The notes beneath the pieces were generated by a model, which saw only the letters and a list, made by a program, of their open reading frames with translations, had not been told where the DNA came from and did no database searches. 64,000 nt of DNA from Zancudomyces culisetae HAW-14-8 (Eukaryota > Fungi > Kickxellomycota), in NCBI GenBank assembly GCA_052426225.1, contig JBNJNM010000021.1, forward strand, positions 124,001 through 188,000, given 5' to 3'. Below, piece after piece: positions 20,846 to 31,090 of this stretch (the first letter of the stretch is position 1; the number at the start of each line of letters is the position of its first letter). The position numbers were made by a program, and so were the translations under genes.

Positions 20846-23797
20846 ATGCAAAAATTTACTTTTCTTAATTTTCTAAAAAGCAAAGTAAATCGACAAAACA
20901 GCAAGAGAACATTCCAAAGCAGCTCTATAAACACAATGAAATGGGGAATCCAGATAATCAATCCGCCCAGTAATAATGCGAGGGTTAGCAGTATTATGAT
21001 GTTGATGGAAAAGACTCGATACATGATAAACTGTGGAGAGGGTGTCCAAAGAATATGTATGGAAAAGGGGGTAAAATTGATAAAACTACACAACATATTC
21101 TTCACTAGAACGAGCTGGGAGAATATAGCGGGTGTACCGGGAATGTTATTAACTCTGGCAAATGCAGGGGTGAGAAAAGTGGACTTGCATGGGGGGGAAA
21201 ATTTGATGCATGGGTTGGCAACAACTAGGCATTTTATTCTACAAAATACTGCAACAATCCGGTGTAACGAGTTTGAATATACTGAGAAAAAGGAATCGGG
21301 TATGACTGAAAGTGGACTTGCTAGTTGTAAAGCGTTTGATAATGAAGAAATCAGGGTGATACCAGTCCATATATACCCAGTGGAAAGTGTAGAGGAGGAA
21401 GAAGATATAATATCAGGAAGGATTAAAAGGCAGAGTAATGGAATGTATTTGCGTGACAAGATGAAACGTGAAGAAATTCTAAAGGATATGTATTTTGAAC
21501 TGAGCAAAAGCAGCGCTGAAGCATGTGATGGTGGATCAATACATGTGGAAAGTAGCAGTTACAGGGGCCAAGGCTACGATGGAAATGGAAGTATTGGCAA
21601 AAGTAAAAATAAGGCGCATGATAGTGGACTTGGTGACAGAGAGGCGAAGAATGTTGTAAAAAGGGCCAAAAATGCGAGCAACAGTGGTGGGCAAGGGAGG
21701 GTTGTAAACACAATCGGGCACGGCAGCGCAGAGCACAAGATTAGGCAGCACAATAACTCGAATAAGGTATTGCCACCGACTCAACACAGCAATCAAACGA
21801 CGTGTTATGTAGTGGTGGGGCCACAACCGGCTGGTAAATTTGATCCGGTAAAAGCGAGGGAGTATGGGTTGAAACCAGGACCACAGTATAAGGAATTAGT
21901 AGCTGGAAAGAGTGTTTTCAACGAAGAGGGGAAAGAAATCAAGCCGGAAATGGTGGTCGGAAAAAAGAAACCAAGATCAGTATTTTTGGTAGTGGAATGC
22001 CATGATTCAAGATATATTGAGTCAATAGTACGCAAAGAGGAGTTTTTAAAATATCATATTAAGACTGTAGGAAATGGGAAAGGAGAAAATGCAGAAAGTG
22101 ATGAGGAGTTGAAGTTAATAATCCATTTGCTGGATGATGTCAAGGTACTAGATAACAGCAAATATTTAGAATGGATAAAGGGATTTGGTCATGGGGTGAA
22201 GCATATGATCTGTAATAGAGAGATTGCAATGGAAGAGTGTAGTACTGAGCCATTTGAAAGATTTTACAATCTTCAAAAGAAGCTGGGAAAGATAAATAAC
22301 AGGGTATTCAGAGTACCAGAGGAGAGCAATAAGAAAAAGGGATCAAAACCAATCAAGCACAGAAACATTAATGGCATTGAGTTTCTGGTGGCGGACTACA
22401 ATTTAAAGATTGATTTTGAGCCTAAATTTGCGATTGATACGACTTTAATGTCGCAGCCTGTCCAACAGACAAATAATGTTGCCGAGGAAAATAGCTTTAA
22501 TGATGATGCTGGAGTGGGCGCCACTGAAATGTTGATGGATAAGAATGAAAATTTTATTATTTCCACACTTGGAACCGGATCTTCAATCCCATCGTGTCAT
22601 AGAAATGTGTCATCAAACTTGGTATACATGAAGGGTAGCGATAGCTATATACTACTGGATTGTGGGGAGGGAACTTCAGGTCAGATAAAAAGACTGGTAA
22701 GTAATGATATGCTAGCTGGTAGTGGTGTAGATGGGGATGAAGCTCTAGCAGGCAGAAGATTTAACGAAAAGGAATATGCCGAGATAATTAGAAAGTTGAA
22801 AATGTTGTATATTTCGCACATGCATGCGGACCACCACTTAGGAACAGTGCAAATACTACTGGATTATCTCAAATATAGCAATGCACACAATGCCCAAAAA
22901 GATGCAGCGTTGGTAGTTGTTGGGCCACTCAAGTTTTACAAGTTTCTCAAAGAAATAGAAACAATGCTGGATGTAGGTTTTGGAGACAAAATTTTGTTTA
23001 TAAACAACCACGATTTGCTAATGGCAAACTCAGTGTCACAGTCTAGTGCCATAATAGCTCACCGCCACCGATGGATATATGATAAATTATTGAAAGATCT
23101 GAATTTAAAGGAACTGAAGACGTGTCTAGCCAACCACTGCTTACACTCCTACTGTTTGCTTATTTCAGCTCACTCATCACCATCATCACACTCATCATCT
23201 TCCTCGGAAATGATGGTGGAGGCGAACAATAACAACACCTTTCAACTTGTGTATAGTGGTGATACTAGACCAACTAGACGAATTGTAGATTTAGTTGTAT
23301 CAGGTGGTAACAACAATGATGTGACCTTACTTCACGAAGCCACGATGTATGACGACATGCTCGGTGATGCCATTGCAAAGAAACATTCCACATGTTCCGA
23401 GGCCCTTGCTGTGGCCATATCAATGGGCGCGAAACGCCTTCTCCTGACTCACTTTAGCCAGCGATATATTGGTATTCCTCGTTCGTTTAACGTGGAAATG
23501 GTCCTAAACACTATTCTTTCTGCTGGTAGTGCAGATTCTCCATCGATCAAGGTCTCTGAATATTTGCAGCACAAACTCTCTGACCCATCTGGAAACAATG
23601 ACATAAACGATATTAAGAGCGAACACTTGGGACTATCTCCCAAGTCATATGTCGAAAAATACTTGGAATCTCGATACCCTGCGTTTGCGTTCGATTTGGC
23701 TATTTATAGCCCGTCTGATATCGAAGAGTTTGTTCGTCTTGCACCCGCAATATATGATGCAGCTAGTGACGAAGTTAACCCTGATTCTACTGTATAG
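20846..23797 (+). CDS. TRZ1: Long-form tRNase Z (ELAC2/Trz1)
   Basis: NCGEGVQR pseudo-motif, GP flexible arm GKFDPVKAREYGLKPGP, LGTGSSIPS, LLDCGEGT, SHMHADHHLG, YSGDTRP, HEAT, HST and LTHFSQRY motifs. Confidence 0.95.
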   Translation: MQKFTFLNFLKSKVNRQNSKRTFQSSSINTMKWGIQIINPPSNNARVSSIMMLMEKTRYMINCGEGVQRICMEKGVKLIKLHNIFFTRTSWENIAGVPGMLLTLANAGVRKVDLHGGENLMHGLATTRHFILQNTATIRCNEFEYTEKKESGMTESGLASCKAFDNEEIRVIPVHIYPVESVEEEEDIISGRIKRQSNGMYLRDKMKREEILKDMYFELSKSSAEACDGGSIHVESSSYRGQGYDGNGSIGKSKNKAHDSGLGDREAKNVVKRAKNASNSGGQGRVVNTIGHGSAEHKIRQHNNSNKVLPPTQHSNQTTCYVVVGPQPAGKFDPVKAREYGLKPGPQYKELVAGKSVFNEEGKEIKPEMVVGKKKPRSVFLVVECHDSRYIESIVRKEEFLKYHIKTVGNGKGENAESDEELKLIIHLLDDVKVLDNSKYLEWIKGFGHGVKHMICNREIAMEECSTEPFERFYNLQKKLGKINNRVFRVPEESNKKKGSKPIKHRNINGIEFLVADYNLKIDFEPKFAIDTTLMSQPVQQTNNVAEENSFNDDAGVGATEMLMDKNENFIISTLGTGSSIPSCHRNVSSNLVYMKGSDSYILLDCGEGTSGQIKRLVSNDMLAGSGVDGDEALAGRRFNEKEYAEIIRKLKMLYISHMHADHHLGTVQILLDYLKYSNAHNAQKDAALVVVGPLKFYKFLKEIETMLDVGFGDKILFINNHDLLMANSVSQSSAIIAHRHRWIYDKLLKDLNLKELKTCLANHCLHSYCLLISAHSSPSSHSSSSSEMMVEANNNNTFQLVYSGDTRPTRRIVDLVVSGGNNNDVTLLHEATMYDDMLGDAIAKKHSTCSEALAVAISMGAKRLLLTHFSQRYIGIPRSFNVEMVLNTILSAGSADSPSIKVSEYLQHKLSDPSGNNDINDIKSEHLGLSPKSYVEKYLESRYPAFAFDLAIYSPSDIEEFVRLAPAIYDAASDEVNPDSTV

Positions 23798-23950
23798 AGC
23801 CTAGAGCCTTTTTTTTTTACATTTCCTTTAATTTTAATGATATAAATAAAATCTGGAAAAAAAATAGCTAAATGGATTTGATATGTTAGAGTAAATGAAA
23901 AAAATAAAATTGAAATGACTATAAACAGTATAGAAAATTATATACGTAGA

Positions 23951-25270
23951 CTACTGCAGCGCCATTTGAAGCTTTTGGGATTGTTCTTTACCTAGATCTC
24001 TATCAAACATTTCTGCTTCACGTTTTCTCCAGGCAACATCCCTGTACTCAACTACGTTGTCTACAAAGTCTCGAACCATATATTCCGTATCCAGAGGACC
24101 GCCCATCGCCTCTGGATGGAATTGTACAGAGTAGTATGGCAAGTACTTGTGTTTGATGCCCTCCACGCTCCCATCGTTCGCATTGACAAAGCTGACTTGC
24201 CAATCCTCTGGAACGTTTTTGTCACTAAGTGCGTACCCGTGGTTCTGTGAGGTAATAACACACCGCCCAGTTTCAGTGTCTATCACTGGCTGGTTATGCC
24301 CACGATTTCCAAATGGCAATTTGTACACTTCGAATCCTGCTGCCATCCCCAGAACTTGGTTTCCCATACATATCCCAAAGATTGGGCGCTGGTAAAGTTT
24401 TATTGCTTGGCGGAGGTGCTGCACAGTCTCAACACAATGGACAGGTGATCCTGGCCCATTTGATATAAATAGACCGTCAAACTTGTCCAGATGTGCAACA
24501 AAGTCGTAATCCCACGGAAGTACTGTCACTCTTGCTCCTCTTTTGCATAGCAATCGAACAATATTGTTCTTTGCCCCACAATCAATCAATGCCACATTGA
24601 TTTTACCACCAGGATTGTATACGCGAGGTGTCTTTATCGAAACTTGCTCCACCAGGTTCATACTTGTTGGATCTCTCCACTGAACCTCTGCTTGGATGTC
24701 CATAACATCTTGTCCTATGTTTATTGCCCCAAGAGTTGATCCTTGACCTCTAAGCAAATGTACCACTGCTCGTGTATCCACACCTGATATTCCAGGAACA
24801 CCAGATCGTTGACACCATTCAGACAGCGATTCCACCGCATTCCAATGCGAATACTTCTTTGCTATGTCACTAACAACTACTCCTGCACACTGGATTTTCT
24901 CTGATTCAAAGTGCTTTAGCAGGCCAAAATCATCCCGCGTTCTCTTTGGCACTCCATAATTACCTACAAGAGGCTGGGTAAACACTAGAATTTGGCCCTT
25001 ATATGAAGGATCAGTCATTGATTCTGGATATCCAACCAATGATGTTGTAAATACTGCCTCCCCAATACATGCTGTGTTTGCACCAAATGATACCCCTGTA
25101 AATTGTTCACCTGTTTTCAACTGGAAGTGCGCCTTCTCCTCGCCATCTTGAACAGGGAAAACCGCTTGTAGTTTTCCGGTAGCCATTCTTCTCATGTTCA
25201 ATCCTGTTGCTTTGAATGCTGGGCTGAGACCCCTGATCTTTGAAAATGTTTTTACAAGATTTAGACTCAT
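23951..25270 (-). CDS. CPA1: Arginine-specific carbamoyl-phosphate synthetase small chain with mitochondrial presequence
   Basis: GEAVFTTSLVGYPESMTDPSY, SNGPG, GICMG (catalytic Cys), GNRGHNQP, SQNHGY, VQFHPEA. The N-terminus is basic and lacks acidic residues. Confidence 0.96.
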   Translation of the reverse strand: MSLNLVKTFSKIRGLSPAFKATGLNMRRMATGKLQAVFPVQDGEEKAHFQLKTGEQFTGVSFGANTACIGEAVFTTSLVGYPESMTDPSYKGQILVFTQPLVGNYGVPKRTRDDFGLLKHFESEKIQCAGVVVSDIAKKYSHWNAVESLSEWCQRSGVPGISGVDTRAVVHLLRGQGSTLGAINIGQDVMDIQAEVQWRDPTSMNLVEQVSIKTPRVYNPGGKINVALIDCGAKNNIVRLLCKRGARVTVLPWDYDFVAHLDKFDGLFISNGPGSPVHCVETVQHLRQAIKLYQRPIFGICMGNQVLGMAAGFEVYKLPFGNRGHNQPVIDTETGRCVITSQNHGYALSDKNVPEDWQVSFVNANDGSVEGIKHKYLPYYSVQFHPEAMGGPLDTEYMVRDFVDNVVEYRDVAWRKREAEMFDRDLGKEQSQKLQMALQ

Positions 25271-25429
25271 TTTGATAATTTTTTTTAAATTGTTTTGTAT
25301 GTACGTAGTTTTTGTTTTTTCTATTTGTTTGTGATAATTTTAATATAATTTTTTCCGAAAACTTTTTTTATTTTCGTTTCTCTGCCGCTTATGTGAGTTT
25401 AACAGATTGTTCACCCCTTTTTATCTCGT

Positions 25430-25507
25430 TCAGTTATTTTTTCCTGTTTTCCAAATCTGACAACTCAAATAATCTGCTGCGCACTCTTCTGATGTATGGT
25501 AGTACAT
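25430..25507 (-). promoter_or_regulatory. uORF encoding an arginine attenuator peptide (AAP) homolog, MYYHTSEECAADYLSCQIWKTGKNN
   Basis: 25 codons plus TGA, ending ~160 nt before the CPA1 ATG. DYLSCQIWKT aligns with S. cerevisiae DYISDHIWKT and N. crassa DYLSDHLWRA. D12, Y13 and W19 are at the same positions as in N. crassa. Confidence 0.88.
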
Positions 25508-26034
25508 ATAGAAAGGCTATATGAATAGTTTCCCGTTGGGTTTAATTTAATAATGTGATTATTAAGTATTGTATCTGTTGTTAATTACACCTTAGCAAGA
25601 TTGCAAAAAGCTTGTAAATAAGTTTAAAAGGAAAAAGGAAACACTATGGTGATATCAAAACGCAACTTTTTAAAAATAAAAATAAAAAAACTAAAAAATT
25701 TTTTTTTCATTAACCCTGCACTGTAGTATAGCTTTAACTTGGCCCTGAATTGAAATTCGTTCTTTCAGAAATCCATAGAAGGGCTAAATTTGTCATTATT
25801 ACCATCCAGATTAGCTATCTGAATGATTTGCTGCCATCTTGCTTAATTTTTTTATCTCCTTTCTGAACAGCTTTTGGATATATTTTATAATTTTCGCTAA
25901 AACCAACCATACAAACCAATACTGTTGTCTGATAACAATCTTGATTCTCCTTTTTTTTTTGTAAAATTTAAACGGATAATTGAATTATTTTCACAAAAGC
26001 TTTTTGGACTTTGCAATTCGACCACCTATTTATT

Positions 26035-26739
26035 TGCTCATTTATCAACTCACGCCACAAATAAGAGTTCAAGGGTTTGTTGGTATTTCTATCCATTTAC
26101 CAACTTGCAGTTTACATAAACCAAGTTCGAGGCAGTAGTTCAATAATCCTCGCAATTTCTTCTAGAGCTGGCCTATAGAATCTTTCATTTTCCAATTCAG
26201 TTCATTTGATTCTGATTGTTAAACTGTTTGGGTTGTAGCAATCAAGTATATTCCAGATTTCATATCCAGGTTCCAAATCGCAGGTTCGCTAACCAAATAA
26301 GTCTACTGAGATGGATACATTAGTGAAAGACTCTATACACCAACTTTAAGCTGTAAAGCTAGGTTAACACTTCGCTACCACCAACCACCTTCATGTTAAT
26401 GAATGCAGATTAAGCTCGTTAAATGAGGTGTGCAGGTTTTATTTCTATGTTGGTTGGTTGTAAAAGTAAATATATTGGTACAAATCTGAATATAAACTTT
26501 GAAATACCGACAATTGTATGACCCTTATGAATGTATTTTATAGACCCAACATAATAATGAGATTACAGTAATATCAATATAAGGGTTTACTCGAGTTGTG
26601 CACTGGGTATATCTAATGGTTGTGATAATCAAAGGCCACCTGCAAGAACCAGCCTATATTAAAAGAAGTGTTTTAAAAACAATGATTATTTATCGAGATA
26701 CGCAAAACCCCCCCCAAAAAATAACAAACTTTTATGAAC
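26035..26739 (-). repeat. ~700-bp dispersed repeat, copy B (inverted relative to 6394-7098)
   Basis: Reverse-complement match to 6394-7098. Confidence 0.95.
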
Positions 26740-29218
26740 ACAGCGGTTATAATATAGAACAAATAAGACTAGACTGTAGTTTAACAAAGATAAACATTTC
26801 ATCATATAACACGAGTACGCTCTGTAACAACATAGAAATATATACAAAATTTTTGGGTCAAAAATCACGTTTATGAGACTATACTTTCAATTATGGCTTG
26901 TAAATTAGGCGATTTTAGTGATGTTTAGTGCTATAAAAATATTTTTGACAAAACGAAAAGGTATATAGAGATCACTTTTAAACCATTGTTCTTTATTTAT
27001 TGTTAAATCAAAACATACTTAATATACCTTGTGTGGTACTACTCTGATTAAAATAAAATTTATGTTTTAGTGCTTAGAAGAGGTTTAAATCCATTACATA
27101 AATACATATGGAGTTATTTCTCTTTTCTTTCTTGTTATATTTTAGAGGCGGGATTACTATCCCTTTGAAACTATTCCATGTATTCATTCACAAAAAATAA
27201 CACGAGGTTATGTTCATGCAAAATACTTGCCTCTCATTTTATTTGGGTTTATTCTAAAGTATTTCTTACCTATTAGTATTCTCCAAATTCAGAAAGCAGT
27301 TAAAAAACCACTTCTCTTATGAGTGCAACATACAAATCCATCTTGATAAGATAGATTTACATATTTGCCATTTTTCACATCAGAATAATAATGCATCGTA
27401 CAGCCAAAAGTTGAAACCTCAACGTAACCCAACTAATCAAATATACAACAAATCGAAAATAAGGGTGTACTGTTAAACTATCTCAACCAAAAAAGATTTT
27501 TTTTTAGAAGCCGCATTACCAGTTTTACCATATATTATAAGGGCGTATAGCATGGTCTTTGTTTAAAGTGTAAGATAAGGGTACTACAAATGAAACACAA
27601 CTGCAATATCATTTGAACCAATCGTAAAAACATCTCCGGAGTACAACTAACATCCATATCTGTCACATCGGAAGCTTTTGTCCAGACCGCTCTCATGCAT
27701 ATCACAAAATTAGATATACTCCCTGTTACGGGAGAGTACTGTGGTGCGGTGTTTCTGATAGCCATAGTCCTTAGTATGCGCATAATTCTTGATTTTTTCA
27801 ATATTATAATCTTTTATTCATTATCGTGCTGAAACTTAGTAAAAAATCTGATGTTTCAAAAATTAGCTACTCTTTGACCTTGTACAGCTAAAAGTACTAT
27901 ACACGTCATTTTAAATATATAGACACCCAATTAGCGCCATAAACTCCACTATCAATAAGGTTGATAGATTATCGAAAAGTGGTGGGGTATGTTTTTTTAA
28001 TTTTAGAGAAGTTATTAAACTCAAGTTAAAATTTTGTTGCTTTACAAACATTTGCTGGCTGATCGAAATATAGATGCACATTCCAATGCTTTACGTTATT
28101 ATCCCCGTAAATCTAGTCCCAGGGTTACATTCATTTTTGTACATTGGAGCTCTTTGTCGCAACCTAGATTTCTTATTATATTTAATAGAACTTTTTTAAG
28201 AAAAAACAAGTTTTTTATTGAACATGTATTAACTATACCACTGGACTAAACATACTATGGTGCTTTGTTGATAGCTGCTAGTCGGTTGATTGAAACGATA
28301 CCTGGAAAATGCATTAAAACTCCCCTTTTTTTTATAACTTAGGTGGGGCAAGGGTTAAGACTTTGAAATATACACTATACAAAAAATATGTAAATATAAG
28401 TACATCGTTAGAAACAATCCGTTTTCTGCTTCCTTGCAAATGTACACTGAACACGTTAAATATGTTAAATCTTTCTAAAAAAAAGCAGCTGAAAAAATTT
28501 CTATTTAATGTATATTTTTTCCTTTAAGCTAATACATAACTTGATGTTATTTTTCAGAAATTACTGGTTTTAATTGATTTTTTTCATAGAACAAATGTAC
28601 AATTGATGCACCATCATTATTAGTGATTGTGATGAAAATGACATTAACCTGATAGTGACGGGAGCAAAAATGCTGCATACTCGACATATTTTTATGAAAC
28701 GTTTTGTTTGGTGTGTAAAGAAGCTATATCTCTAACTCGTTTTGAATTCCTTGCCCTATTATTCTGTCTCCGCATGTTGATAAACCCTGGTATGTTTTAA
28801 TGTTTATTAATGTCCACTCTACAAAAAGTAGTAAAATAAAACCGCTCACTGAGCGGAATTTTTTGTTTTGTCTGATTTCTACTGATCGTTCCATTATGAC
28901 CTTGCACCATTTTAATTCTATCATTCACTCAAATTTTGCGAAAAGCACTCTTTAGACCAAATTTCAATGAAATAACGGTTTGGATTGTAACCTAGTAAAA
29001 ATGGGGAAAAAAATGTTCTTTATTTACATAATAACGCTTAGTTTAAAATAATATACGATACGATACATGTTATTTTGAGAGCACATTACAGCAAAATAGC
29101 TACCAAAGTTGAAAGTATTGTGTTTTTAGAAGATACGTTGTATTTGTGGTGGATTGATATAACTCAACTTAAGCGTTTGCACTCTCAAATACGAGTAATA
29201 TATGCGCTTGCAAAAAAG

Positions 29219-29226
29219 TATAAATA
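29219..29226 (+). promoter_or_regulatory. TATA box of the 29393 gene (identical box at 33333-33340 for its paralog)
   Basis: TATAAATA lies ~170 nt upstream of the ATG and is conserved in both duplicated promoters. Confidence 0.55.
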
Positions 29227-29392
29227 GGCCATCATCGACGTCACTACTTAACAGCATAAAGCTTCACAAGTATACTCTACTCTGACGTTTATTCATTACT
29301 ACAATAGCAATAAAGACAAGTAAATTATATTTCAGCAGACCAGCTTAAACTAAATTGTATATCAATAGAGCCGATACAAGCAACATTTAAAA

Positions 29393-31090
29393 ATGAAAGT
29401 TTTAGTACTCACGCTGATACTCTCTTCACTGAGAGTAGGAGTAAACGCAGCCGCAATACGTCATGAGCCAATGCATCTTAGAGACTATGAACCATCTACA
29501 TCTCAGGATACGGAATACTCACATACAGTAGAAGATGTGTATCCAGTTGCCACATATGTAGAATCTGTAACCAGCACATATGAATCATATGACTCAGACA
29601 AAAAGACTGACGCAGAGGAGTACCAATCAGAGGTTCGTCCAAAATACTACCGAAGAAGAAATGGTGGTGGCGGTGGTGGTCGTGGAGGAGGTGGAGGTGG
29701 ATTTAGCGGGGGACGTGGAGGAATGGGAGGAGCTGGTGGATTTAGTGGAGGTCGAGGAGGAATGGGAGGAGCCGGTGGATTTAGTGGGGGACGTGGAGGA
29801 ATGGGAGGAGCCGGTGGATTTAGTGGGGGACGTGGAGGAATGGGAGGAGCTGGTGGATTTAGTGGAGGTCGAGGAGGAATGGGAGGAGCCGGTGGATTTA
29901 GTGGGGGACGTGGAAGTAATCAAATTAGCGGAGGAAGCCGTGGAAATGAAGCTGGAAGCAAAAGCTCAAATCAAAAAAATTTAGGATCTAACAGCAGTAA
30001 CAGAAGTGCTAATGCTGGAAAGATTGGTGCCGCAAGTAGTGATTCAAGTGGAACGGTAAAAGCAGCTGGAAATGGTAATGGCAATGGCAACACCGGAAAT
30101 GGTAATGGTAATGGCAACACTGGAAATGGCAATGGTAATGGCAACATCGGAAGTGGTAATGGCACTGAAAACACCGGAAATGGAAATGGCAATATGAACA
30201 GCGGAGATAATAATGGTATCGGCAACAACGGAAATAACAATGGTAATACCAACATCGGAGATGCAAATGGTAATGGCAACATCGGAAGTGGAAATGGCAA
30301 TATGAACACCGGAGGTGGAAATGGCGATATGAACACCGGAGATGGAAATGGTAATGGCAACACCGGAGATGGCAATGGTAATGTCAACACCGGAGATGGC
30401 AATGGCAACGGCAACATCGGGGGTGGAAATGGTAGTGGCAACAACGGATCTTTGAATGGCAATGGAAACATCGGAGATGGCAACGGAAATTTCAACAACG
30501 GAAGTGGCAATGGTAACTCCAACAACGGATTTCTGAATGGAAATAGTAATACCGGAGATGGTAACGGAAATTTCAACAACGGAAATGACAATGGTAATGG
30601 TAACACCGGAGGTGGTGGCAGTGGAGGAAGTGGAGGAAGTGGAGGAAGTGGAGGAAGTGGAGGAAGTGGAGGAAGTGGAGGAAGTGGAGGAAGTGGAGGA
30701 AGTGGAGGAAGTGGAGGAAGTGGAGGAAGTGGAGGAAGTGGAGGAAGTGGAGGAAGTGGAGGAAGTGGAGGAAGTGGAGGAAGTGGAGGAAGTGGAGGAA
30801 GTGGAGGAAGTGGAGGAAGTGGAGGAGGTCAAGGAGGTGGAGGAGGTCAAGGAGGAGGTGGTGGACATGAACATGGAAACGGTCACGGTCACGGACATCG
30901 TGGAATTGGCATCCCTGTACTTGCAGATGTGGTTGGAGTTGGGGTTGTTGTTGATACTGATGGTCATAATAAAGACTGTACCAACAATGAATACGGCGAT
31001 GGTAAGAAGTGTAGCGCAACTTATACAAGCGATCATGAAACATATACCAGCAAACATGAAACCTATACCAGCAAGCATAAAACTTACTAA
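29393..31090 (+). CDS. Secreted Gly/Asn-rich repetitive protein (family B, copy 1)
   Basis: Signal peptide, acidic Tyr-rich pro-region ending YYRRR, 13-aa GGFSGGRGGMGGA repeats, GNGN repeats, (GGS)n, HGHGH, hydrophobic VVGVGVVV, a Cys pair and HETYTSK repeats. Confidence 0.88.
   Translation: MKVLVLTLILSSLRVGVNAAAIRHEPMHLRDYEPSTSQDTEYSHTVEDVYPVATYVESVTSTYESYDSDKKTDAEEYQSEVRPKYYRRRNGGGGGGRGGGGGGFSGGRGGMGGAGGFSGGRGGMGGAGGFSGGRGGMGGAGGFSGGRGGMGGAGGFSGGRGGMGGAGGFSGGRGSNQISGGSRGNEAGSKSSNQKNLGSNSSNRSANAGKIGAASSDSSGTVKAAGNGNGNGNTGNGNGNGNTGNGNGNGNIGSGNGTENTGNGNGNMNSGDNNGIGNNGNNNGNTNIGDANGNGNIGSGNGNMNTGGGNGDMNTGDGNGNGNTGDGNGNVNTGDGNGNGNIGGGNGSGNNGSLNGNGNIGDGNGNFNNGSGNGNSNNGFLNGNSNTGDGNGNFNNGNDNGNGNTGGGGSGGSGGSGGSGGSGGSGGSGGSGGSGGSGGSGGSGGSGGSGGSGGSGGSGGSGGSGGSGGSGGSGGSGGGQGGGGGQGGGGGHEHGNGHGHGHRGIGIPVLADVVGVGVVVDTDGHNKDCTNNEYGDGKKCSATYTSDHETYTSKHETYTSKHKTY
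30624..30821 (+). repeat. Perfect 9-bp coding tandem repeat (ggaggaagt)n, about 22 copies, encoding (GGS)n
   Basis: Directly visible homogeneous array. Confidence 0.95.

Noticed and set aside
27535-27801. 88-aa minus-strand ORF in a slightly GC-richer patch (similar cases at 37702-37932 and 48022-48207)
   Set aside because: No recognisable motif in any frame. These may be decayed coding sequence but cannot be supported.
30624-30821. Regular repeat arrays as a possible CRISPR or telomeric array
   Set aside because: No unique spacers, the arrays are in-frame coding repeats, and the context is eukaryotic.
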